The notes under the pieces: model-generated | What the model was told of the DNA's origin: nothing | What the model saw: the letters and a program-made list of their open reading frames with translations, nothing else | The model's database searches: none | Assembly (NCBI GenBank): GCA_973895155.1 | Contig: OZ316892.1 | Coordinates: 30,076,932 to 30,140,931 of the forward strand | DNA: 64,000 nt | Origin: Marsupella aquatica | Lineage: Eukaryota > Plantae > Marchantiophyta | Direction of reading: 5' to 3' | Program-made: the position numbers and the translations under genes | Shown here: positions 25,978-36,714 of the stretch, piece after piece | Layout: each line of letters begins with the position of its first letter | Position numbering within the stretch: position 1 is the stretch's first letter

Positions 25978-28900
25978 ATGGAACTTGAAGCACGAGGATC
26001 ACCGCGGAGGTTTCAGGGGCAGAGAGAGGAGCAGGAGGAAGAGCACGTGACACTGATACCATCACCGGTGCGGCGTGTGGTGGAGGAAGTAGTACTACTA
26101 CCGTAGCTCACGGTAGTGCCAAAGAAGAAGATGGGGACTTTCAAGCTTGGGGGACCCAAGTATGAAGTGACAAAGTATGATGGGCGCTCTGACTGCTTGC
26201 TATGGGAGAAGCAGGTGAAGGGAGTGCTTTATGCGTCAGGGATGGGCCAACTGCTGAGCCCTCGTGAAGACGATGTTGATGAGAAACAATGGGACCGCAT
26301 GCAGGAGCAGGGAGTGTGGTGTGTTACACTCTATCTCATGCCTCCCATCATCAAGCAGTTGGGTGCACATAAGGATTGCATGTCCTTGTTTGCGGAATTG
26401 CAGAGCAAGTATCACGGCAAGGAGTTATCGAACCGGCTTTACACTTCCTACAAACTGATGAGTTTCAGGATGAAGGAATCTGGTACGAAGTTGCAAGACC
26501 ATGTGGATGCTTTCAACGACATGGTCGTTGACTTGGAAAACCTTGGGGAGACTTTGAATGATGAGACGAAGGCTCTGCAGCTTCTTAGTTCATTGCCTCC
26601 ATCTTACCAGTCCCTATCACGAGTGTTGTTGCATCGTGATAGGGATACCATTTCATACAATGACGTGGTAAGTTCTCTGCTTAGTGATGATCTTCAGCAG
26701 AAGATGCACATCACGTCACAGCCTTCATCATCTGGTGCTGCCCTCAATGTTAACCGTGGGAGGAGTATGCAGCGACCAACTGGGGACCGTAAAACCCAGT
26801 TTAGATCTAAATCCAGATCTAAATCCAAGGGTAAATCCCCTCAGAGGAGGCAGGTGACATGTTGGAAGTGCAACCAAGTTGGACACTTCAAGTGAGACTG
26901 TAAGGGAAAGGCAGCGGAAACTTCATCGGCAAATGTGGCTAGGGCTGATGGAGAAGCTGATTTACTCAATGATGAGTATGTTTTATGAAGTCGGGGGTAT
27001 GCCCTGTGCACGTCATCTAGGAGAGCAGATGATGTGTGGATTCTTGATTATGCTTGCTCTTTTCATATTTGTTACATTCGTGAGTTTTTCAGTTCTTACT
27101 CTGTTTCAAACGGTTTAGTTCTGATGGGAAATGATCACTCCTGTCAAATTGAGGGAATTGGGTCTGTGAAGATTCAAATGTTTGATGGCGCTGTGCGCAC
27201 AGTGTCCGGAGTCAGGTATGTACCTGGCATGCGTAAGAATCTGATTTCACTCGGTGTGTTAGATTCAAATGGTCATCAATGGAGCGTTATTGATGGTGAA
27301 CTTCAAGTCAGGTCGGGAGAGACAGTGATTTTGAAGGGGAGTAGACAAAAGAATTTGTATGTGTTACAGGGTAATACTGTATGTGGAGAGGCCAATGTAA
27401 CCAAGTCTCACGAGGAGATGACTCAACTGTGGCATTCACGGCTAGGCCACATGAGTGAGAAGGGTTTGGCTATCTTACGGAAGAATGGACTCATTTTTGA
27501 TTTGCAATCTTGTAAATTAGAGTTTTGTGAGCATTGCATTCTTGGAAAGCAGCATCGTCGTGCTTTTGGTGTTGGAACTCATCGTTCCAAAGCGGTTCTT
27601 GAGTACATACATAGTGACGTGTGGGGTCCATCCCCGACTCCCTCACACTCTGGAAAGTTGTACTATGTATCATTTATTGATGATTACTCAAGATTTGTGT
27701 GGATTTATTTCATGACGCATAAGTCTGATGTCTTGTCCATTTTTAAGAAGTGGAAGGCCCAGGTGGAGAATCAGACTGGAAACACGATCAAGTGTTTGGA
27801 TACAAGGGTGAAGAGTCTGAGGTCAGACAACGGCGGGGAGTACACTTCAATAGAATTTGAAGAGTACTGTTCAGAATAGGGGATAACTCGCCATCTCACC
27901 ACAGTTTATATTCTGCAGCAGAATGGTGTCGCTGAGAGGCTCAATCGGACACTGTTGGAGCGGTCACGGAGTATGTTGAGCCAATCAGGTTTACCACAAG
28001 AATTTTGGGCAGAAGCTGTCAATACCGCAGCTTATTTGGTAAATCTTTCTCCTTCTAGTGCTATCAATTTCAAAACGCCGTTTGAGATGCGCTATAAGCG
28101 GCAAACAGACTATCATGGCTTGGTAGTTTTTGGAAGTGATTCATATGCTCTCACACCGAAGCAGAATAGGACCAAGTTGGATCCTACCTCCAGGAAATGT
28201 GTTTTTCTTGGGTACCAGAGTGGTGTGAAAGCCTATAGGCTATGGGATCCTATTGCCTGTAAGCTCGTTGTCAGTAGGGATGTTTCCTTCAATGAATCCA
28301 GATTATTGAAGGAGGGGGAGAATACTCAGGTCTCCCGTACTGACAAAGGAAAATCTCCTATCCCGGATCTCGTTGAGGGGGAGATTGGTTATGAGGTGCA
28401 TGACCGGAGAGAAGGAGTTGCTCCAATTATGGAGCTGGTTCCTGTGCCAGAGGAACCAGAGGAGTTTGTTGATGCTGGTGAGCAGAGTGGATGCTGTTGA
28501 GCTTCAAATTGTACCAGCACACGCAGATCAACCGGAGTCATCGGCTAGAAGAACATCTGGTCGCACTATACGCGCTCCACCAAGGTATGGACAGTGGGTT
28601 GATTCATCTCAACTACAAAAGGATGATTTTACAGCTCATGATGAGGGTGATGCGTTAATTTTGGAAGAAGGGGAACCTTCTTCATTTCATGAGGCAAGTG
28701 CTTCAAAGGAGAAGCAGAAGTGGACTACAGCAATGCAAACGGAGATGCAGTCACTAAAGGACAACAAAACTTGGGAGCTTGTTAAGCTGCCTAAGGGTCA
28801 GCAAGTGGTGGACAGCAAGTGGATTTACAAGCTGAAGGATAATTCCATAGGAGGTGGATCGAAGGTCTACAAGGCTAGGTTGGTAGCAAAGGGATTCACA

Positions 28901-30259
28901 CAAGAGAAAGGTGTGGATTACAATGAGGTCTTCTCACCAGTTGCTAAGTACTCTACAATACGACTATTGTGTGTACTTGTTGTAATGTTTGGTCTGCTGC
29001 TAGATCAGATGGATGTTGTCACAGCTTTCCTCTATGGCACATTGGAAGAGGTGATCTTCATGAGACAACCGCTAGGTTTTGTGAAGAGAGGACAGGAGGA
29101 ATTGGTTTGCAGATTGCTTAAATCCTTGTATGGGTTGAAGCAGTCACCAAGACAGTGAAACAAGCGGTTTGACGATTGGATTCAGTCACAAGGTTTTCAC
29201 AGAAGTGTATTTGACCCTTGTGTGTATTTGAAATCGGTAAAGAATATTGTATTTGGGTTCATTGTTTTAGTACTTTATGTGGATGATATGCTAATTGCAG
29301 CCAAGGATAGGTCTGAGATTGTTAAGCTCAAGGCACTGCTTAGTGCAGAGTTTAAGATGAAGGACTTAGGGCCAGCTAAGAGGATTTTGGGTATGGAGAT
29401 CACTAGGGACTTGGAGGCTGGCAAGCTATGGTTGACGCAGAGCAGTTATGCGAGGAAGGTAATTGCAAGGTTCAACATGGGGAATAGCAAGCCAGTAAGT
29501 ACCCCGTTGGCTCCACACTTCAAGTTATCATCAGCGTTCTGTCCTACGGATGACACAGAGAAGGGGTTGATGTCAAAGGTTCCGTATGACAAGGCAGTGG
29601 GGAGTCTCATGTATTTGATGACTTGCACTAGACCTGATCTTGCCATGGCTATGGGCAAGGTAAGCAGGTACATGTCAAATCCAGGGAAGGTACACTGGGA
29701 AGCAGTGAAGTGGATTATCAGGTACTTGAAGGGTACCGTGGATCATGGTCTTTTATTTGATGCGAATGCAAAGAATGCTAAATCATTGATTGGCTATGTT
29801 GATTCTGACTATGGACAAGATTTGGACCGAAGGAGATCAACAACAGGATACGTGTTCACACTTGGCGGTGGATGCATAAGTTGGAGGTCTACTTTGCAGA
29901 AGTGTATTGCTCAGTCTACTACAGAAGCGGAGTATGTTGCAGCTGCGGAAGCAGCAAAGGAAGCGATTTGGTTGGATAGACTTATCACTGAAATGGGATT
30001 GCCACAGGGAAATGTGAAGCTCCATTGTGATAGTCAAAGTGTGCTCCACCTTGCTATGAACCAGGTGATGGACAGCAGAGTGAAGCACATTGATGTCAGG
30101 TACCATTTTATCAGGCAGGCTGTGTCTGATAATTTGTTTGAGCTAGTCAAGATTGATGGTAAACTCAACCCGGCTGACGCATTTACCAAAGTGATTCCTT
30201 TGGAGAGTTTCTCTAGACACCGTGACGTATTGCAGGTTTTGCAATTGCATCACAAGTAG
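25978..30259 (+). pseudogene. Copia gag-pol polyprotein with in-frame stops and one frameshift
   Basis: Gag with CWKCNQVGHFK*DC knuckle, protease WILDYACSFH, LWHSRLGH/CEHC, integrase HSDVWG, LRSDNGGEY, QQNGVAER, RT YKARLVAKG, SLYGLKQSPRQ*, LYVDDML, RNase H KHIDVRYH/NPADAFTK. Stops at ~26104, 26893, 26986, 27877 and 29156; frameshift near 28490. Confidence 0.93.
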
Positions 30260-30449
30260 AGTTTTCTTAACATTCATTGTAATTACTGATATATGCTCTT
30301 CCTCATTCCTATGTATTAGGCTACGGCTTAGTTCTGGTTTGCTCTAGTTAGAGAGGGAAACCAGTTTGGTTTTTATCCAGAACTTCCCGCTGAGGGATCA
30401 TATACAGTGGCAGTATTATTCTCCCCTAGACCAGAGTCAAGGGGAAGAT

Positions 30450-30870
30450 TGTTGGGTATTTACTCTTATGTCTAGGTTAGGTATGACGTGGTTGGTACAA
30501 CAACGTGGGTTGGTACAACTACGTGGTTAGGTACAACTACGTGATTAGGTACAACTATGTGGTTAGGTACAACTACGTGATTAGGTACAACTATGTGGTT
30601 AGGTACAACTAAGTTGCACACTATATCATAAGAGGCATGTGTGCTTGGAGAGGTAGAACCAAGGCTCATTGTTATGGAGCCACTTGAGAGATAGGGAGAG
30701 CTTACACTGTGGAGACTCGGTATAGCTGACGGGCTTAGAGTTCAGTAAAGCTCTCTTGTGTGTTCCCGTGGACGTAGCCTCAAGGAGGTGAACCACGTAT
30801 CTCTTGTGTCGACTATTGTGCGTTGGATGGTTCATGGGCTTGCCATTGCGATCGTCGTCTATGCTCAACA
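30450..30870 (+). repeat. 3' LTR of the copia element
   Basis: Direct repeat of 24370-24790, preceded by the purine tract AAGGGGAAGAT. Confidence 0.95.
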
Positions 30871-31520
30871 CTTCCCCTCTTTCAATGAGAAAACCTCATC
30901 AAACAATAGATCAATGCTAACAACCAGCTTTGCACCACAAGGTCCCATAGACGATACCCTTTTACTCCCTTTTGATAACCAAGAAACACACACTGCATTG
31001 ATTTTGGATCAAGTTTAGTATGTGATATTGGAGGCAAGAGAGCATATGCCTCACAACCAAACACACGTAGTTTTGTATAATCAATACGTCTGTGCGGGGG
31101 TCTGTGATGCCGCATCTCAAAAGAAGTCTTACAACCAATGCTGCTAACTAGAGACAAAGTTAGCAGATAAATTGTCGTATTGAAAGAAAACTATTGTCAG
31201 AGTCATGTGATAAGAACAAGCAAAATCAATCCAATTAAACCCTAAATCCTAAACCCTAAAAATTCATGCACAATAGAAGAATCGGTGCACAAAGCAAATC
31301 TTTCATCGTCAGACACAGCCAAACTAGCCTAATGGAAAATATACTTTGGTTTGCTTTGCAATGAGTCTTTTTGATATGGTGTGTCTTGCCACAATTCCAA
31401 CACCACACTTTTTGAATCCAAAGTCTTGCATCGAGAGTGTTGAGGGATGGATGTTTTTGGTTTAAACTGACTCTTGGTTACTGATAAAGCATAATCAGCC
31501 TATTCATTAAAAGTGTATTT
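30871..31520 (-). mobile_element. Older copia remnant, interrupted by the full-length element and continuing at ~24270-24369
   Basis: Integrase C-terminus (LRVFGCEAYAL..TKLDPKSMQCVFLGYQKGVKGYRLWD..FDE..LKEGK) and a decayed knuckle (WCWNCGKTHH..) on the minus strand. The left flank continues as IEGEIEHE..PVP, similar to VEGEIGYE..PVP of the inserted element. Confidence 0.75.
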
Positions 31521-31708
31521 TCTTTTGTTCACAAATCAGTATTGAAATGTACACTTTCATGTCCCCAAATGTACACTTTAAGAAGCCCAAATGTACACTT
31601 TATAGGCCAAATCATATTAGTATTATATTATTTATTACTTCACAAAGAATAGTAGGATAGAGATCATACTTATAAAAACATTTCATCACAAAGAAACCCA
31701 AGGACCAT

Positions 31709-32970
31709 TGATAATGTGTGAACAAATTGACATAACTCCAAATAGATTATAAAATAATATATAATTTATCTCTAAATTTATAACTATTAGAACCCCTTGG
31801 TTAGGTCTATTTTAGGGTAAGGTTTAGGATCAAACCTTAAGTAGTTACTACCAGGATAACTGCCTTGATGTATAAAGACTTCCCACATGAATGAGAAGGT
31901 GTGCATTATTGTAGTGGTGTTTCAACACTTATCAGCACTAGACATTTTTTTAAAGGAGATTCATGTACTAGACAAAATTGGATGAGGATTGGCTGCACAC
32001 TTAGGCATCCTCTTTGCATGAAGACATCTCAAGAATTGATGGAGATTGGATGATACAAATTTGTCCAAAGGATCACAGATTCGAAACGGATTGGCAAGAG
32101 TCCCCTCATGTTGATTTACACCACAATTCACTACCAGCGACTCAAAGAAAACCACCTAAAACGGCTATTGGAGCAGCAGTTGCAACATCAAAAATTGACA
32201 TCACAGCAGAATTTGGACAATGAAGCAACATTGATTGAGGAGAAATTCATCACCCACTCAAGGCAGGCTACAATCAAATCAGATAACCCATTGTTTCTCA
32301 CCTTTCTCCAAAATTCAAAAATACAGCATAGATTGCAGTTTTACAATCTTCCATTGATATCTGGATTATAATTGTCCACCATCCCAATTGGGAACCACTA
32401 AGACCCGCATATAGATCATGGCTACCAATACAATTGAAAAGTTACTCTTCCAGGCATTAAATGTTGATGGATCTAATTACCTCTCCTTGTCCGTGAATAA
32501 AGAGGCACATCTGGCATCCAAGGACCTCCAAAATACCACACTAACAGATGCAGGGCCTACATTACAGCAAAAAGCTAAGGCTCTAATACTCATAAGACAT
32601 CACTTGGCGGAACCTCTGAAAAGGCAATACATGAATGAGTATAACCCCCATATATTATGGGATGAACTCCAAGCACGATTTGACCATACACGAAAAATAT
32701 TCCTTCCTGCAGCAAGGCTAGGCACACCTGGGCAAACCTGCGAGTCCAAGATTTCAAAATGATTGCTCAATACAATAGTGAGCTATTCCGCATTACCTCT
32801 CAATTAGCCATCTGTAATCAGCCGGTGGGAGACGAAGAGCAAATAGAAAAACCCTGTCTACATTTCATTCCACAAATCTGATCCTCTCTACACAATATCG
32901 AAACATGAAATTCATGAAGTACTCAAACTCATAGCACATATGCTATTAGCAGAAAAACATCAAATACTTG
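31709..32970 (+). mobile_element. Truncated Bianca-like copia element (probable 5' LTR 31709-31927, PBS-like motif and degenerate gag)
   Basis: TGATAATGTG...TTCAACA is followed by CTTATCAGCAC. ORF 32418.. reads FQALNVDGSNYLS..HL..QQKAKALILIRHHLAEPLK..LWDELQARFDH..LP, and a shifted frame continues LRVQDFK..YNS..EK..STFH..QYRNMKF..YS.LI..LLAEK. Confidence 0.7.
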
Positions 32971-34456
32971 TAAAGTGAGTCTCTGTATTGGGCTGGGGGG
33001 GGGGGGAAGGGTTCCTGGAGGTGTCTCTTTGGTGTTTTGCTAGTTATGGCAAGGTTAGGTTGGACTTATCAACGTCTTAAATAATACCATCACTCTTTCT
33101 TAAGACATGGTGATAGAATCAAAGATTGCTAAACTATACCTCTAAAAGCTCTAAAATTCTATTGTTCAACAAATGTCACTTTGTTCCCATTTTATTAATT
33201 TCTTGTGTTTTATTTAAAATTTTATTTTTCTTTTAGATGTTGAGTACCATCTCTAAATCACTCAAACCAATTAAAACATCTTATCATCCCATTCTTGTTC
33301 TTCCATGGGAATGAACACCGAGTTTTTAGCATATATTTATTGATATTTGCTTTTGTTAGCATACAACAGGGGTCCCCTCTTCTGGCAGCCCTTATGAACT
33401 CCCGGGCTCCTCCTGGCTCCGAGATTCCTTGTGGCGGCCCTAGGGTTGCCTCTTATGGGCTCCCCCTTCCCGATCTTTATAAACAGGGTTTTAACCCTCA
33501 AAAGCCCCTCCTTCACATTAGCCGGGGTTTAAATTGTCGGGTCCCTCCCTTCCAGCAGCCGGGGCCCTCCAACATAATTTGTGGTACTCCTAACTTGTTA
33601 AGAAGCCTAATTCTATTTTCTTGTTGGAATGGCCACCCTCAAGAGAACTAACTAAGGAACCATTAATAATAAAAAAATTGAGTTCCTCCCTGGCTCCAAG
33701 TGCTCCGACCCCCCGGGGCACCATGAACCCATGGAATTATTATCTTGGTTAAAATGAACTCAAAATAAAACTAAAAATTGAAACAACTTATTTACATTGG
33801 CTTATTTACATACGTACCGCCAAAAAATAAATTAACATTGGTTTGCGGGGACCTTAGCCCCATCACACAATCTAACAATATTTTGATGTCGTTCCTGACT
33901 CCAAGCCGATCGAGCAAGAGCGGGGAGCCTTCCAAGTCCCTATGCATGGCCGAGGCCTCCCCCAGGTGCGGGGAGCTTCATGGGGCAATGGGGAGCTTTA
34001 ATGGCCTCCTCCCTTACCTTGCCCCTCCTCGCTCCTCCTCATTTACGGAGACTAGTCCCTGTTTTGTCATTAAATGCACCTCGGTTCTCCCCCACACCCC
34101 ACCGGAAGAGCCTCCTCATTTTTGTGTCACAATTCAGTTTCAGGCCAGCCTTGTTGGGTTCCCTCGTTGCCCCTGCCCATCCCATGCCTGGGCAGCCCTT
34201 AAAATCACACCCTTCCTGCCCAACACCCCACCTGAAGACTCTCCTCATTTTTGTGTCACAAGTCAGTTTCAGGCCAACCTTTTTGGGTTCCCTCGCTGCC
34301 CCTGCCCATCCCATGCCTGGGAAGCCGTTAAAACCCCACCCTTCCTGCTGCTGACTGTTTGTTGAGTAGGGGTGGTGAACAAAGTTGCCATGACACGAAG
34401 GAGTGTTTATGGCAAGCATCTACTCTTTCCCTTATCCCCTTTCTATGTCTTTCCCC

Positions 34457-35160
34457 AATTTCTCCAAAGAATAGTCTTATGTGAACTTTAGTAAGGTGAA
34501 CCAATGGTTTGGGTGAAATCCGGGTGCCTCACCGGTGCTATTTGGGTGCTATTTTTAAAAATTTGTTTTTTGCACTTAAATCAAGTGTCCCTTTAGCAAT
34601 TCTTTGATGCTATTTTGCCAAAAACTTTTGTGGAAATATTTATGTTAGACTTGAGCATTTGGTTGGTGTTATTTTTGTGAAAGTTTTTTTCAGATGTGAG
34701 CACCTAGCTAGAGCATTTCAGGCAATTTACACAATGTCACTTAAATGGTAATTTTTATTGTTTAGCTTAGTACACAATGCACTAATTGAATGCACAAGGC
34801 ATCAATTGAATTCATAAAAATGGGCATTAGGATGCACATAGTAACAAATGTAAAAGCAGTTATATGACCTTAAAGTTTGAGCTCAATGTTGGTGAAACAA
34901 CCACAAAATTAGCTATCAAAGTCATATCACAATTCACGTCTCTATGTTTACTCAAAGTGACACAAAAGAAACTTTCACAAAAAGAACTTGGTGTGTTTAG
35001 GAAATACTCAAGTTGGACTCCTTTTTTTTTGGCAAAATAGCATCAAAGAATTGTTTAAATCACACGTGATTTATTTGCAGAAAATAAATTTTTAAAAATA
35101 GTACCCAAAACCATTGACTCGCCTTACTAAAGTTCAGGTAAGACTATGCTTTGGAGAAAT
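34457..35160. mobile_element. Foldback/MITE-like element (~700 bp) with long imperfect inverted repeats
   Basis: atttctccaaag..actttagtaagg..atttttaaaaatt..aattctttgatgctattttgccaaaaa (34457-34625) is mirrored at 35025-35160. No clear TSD. Confidence 0.6.
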
Positions 35161-35779
35161 AATTTTAGGTGTGAGTACTGCCAACAAAATTGAGATGGAA
35201 TAACTAAAGACAGTAAATATTAGGTACCTTAAAGTAGTACTTACCTTGCACAAGTATTTCAAAACATGAAAAAAATGAATATGGGAGTGACAAGGGCTAA
35301 ATACTTTGTACACATGTTATCTATTTATTTTAAGCAAGTGTACACTTAAAATTGCTTCTAGAGAGTACATTTGGTGCACTGATGTAGATAATTGTAGGAT
35401 TATGTTACAATTAAAAAATGCAGAAAAGAATCACACAGGTCATGAGAAAGGGTTGCAGGGACAAGGGGCCCATCCTAAATCCTAAACTATAATACAAGGT
35501 TGCGCCTTTTTTTTGAAGTGGTCGTCATTCAAATTTGCAGTGTCCAAAAAATATTAATCATGTCAAAGAGAAGGAATAAAGGCTATATTAAATATAGTGT
35601 GCACCAAAAAAGTAATAAGTTTAGGGGAATCAAACAAGAGGGGAATCAAACGGGACACACAAAGGAGGGAGCCAATGGGACACACAAAACAAGGGAGCGA
35701 ATGCACATGCATGAGTATTAAGTAGGTTCCTGATCCATACACAAGAAATACAAAAATACATAATATATGTGATTTCTTC

Positions 35780-36714
35780 ATATGAAGATCTTCTCACCTC
35801 AAGATCTTTGCTCATCTTGACATATTTTTCTCACCTCAAGATCTTTTATCACCTCGACATATGTCTTTTCTTTCCTTGACATGTTTTCTCATCTCGTTAT
35901 CTTTTCTTTCCTTGACATCTTTTTCTCATCTTTTCTCTCCTTGACATCTTTTTCTCAGCTCGAAATGTACTTCTCTTAGCGACATCTTTTATCACCTTGA
36001 CATATTTCTCACCTCAACATGCATCATTTGTGCAATGCACAGGTATCAGACCCAAGATGTACTTAACAACAACTTTTACTAATGACATACTTTATCTATT
36101 GACCATTTTGTACTTAACAACATCTTAATACTTAACGACATCTTTGGCATAACGACATCATTGGCGACATGACATCTATTTACTTGACGACAATTTTTTA
36201 CTTGATGACCTTTTGGGTAACATGACATCTTTGGTAAAAATGACTTCTTTTTCTTAACAACATTGTTTTACTTCATGACATCTTTCACATATTAAGAATA
36301 TCATTCTTGGGAAAACACAACATATTTTCTCTTAACAGCATTTTGGGCGCCACAACACTTTTCTCTTAGCGACATCTTGCGGGACACAACATCTTGGGGG
36401 GCACGACATCTGTTTTCTTAACGATATCTTGGGCGCCACGATATGTTTATTTTAACAAAATTTTGGGCAACATCTTTTTTCTTAACGACATCTTTTGTGC
36501 AATGCACGGGTATTTTCCCTCAACGATGCCTTGGCTGAGACGACATCTTTTCCCTCAACAATGTCTTTGCCAACATGACATCATTTTTCTAAACGACATC
36601 TTGGCCGACAAGACATCTTTTCTCTCAACGACCTCTTGGCATCGACATCTTTTTCTCTCAACGACATCTTCGCTGACACGACTTCTTGTGTGCAACGCAT
36701 AGGTATTGAGCTAG
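35780..36714 (+). mobile_element. Helitron-like 3' region with a degenerate GACATCTT repeat array
   Basis: Array of (C/T)GACATCTT(T) units ending in GTGCAACGCATAGGTATTGAGCTAG|T (hairpin remnant + CTAG). Two similar internal hairpins at ~36029 and ~36496. Confidence 0.55.

Larger units (their letters stand above)
24370..30870 (+). mobile_element. Full-length Ty1/copia LTR retrotransposon (defective)
   Basis: 421-bp LTRs TG...CA, 5-bp TSD CTTCC (24365-24369 / 30871-30875), PBS TGGTATCAGAGC, PPT before the 3' LTR, and gag-PR-IN-RT-RNaseH domain order. Confidence 0.97.
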
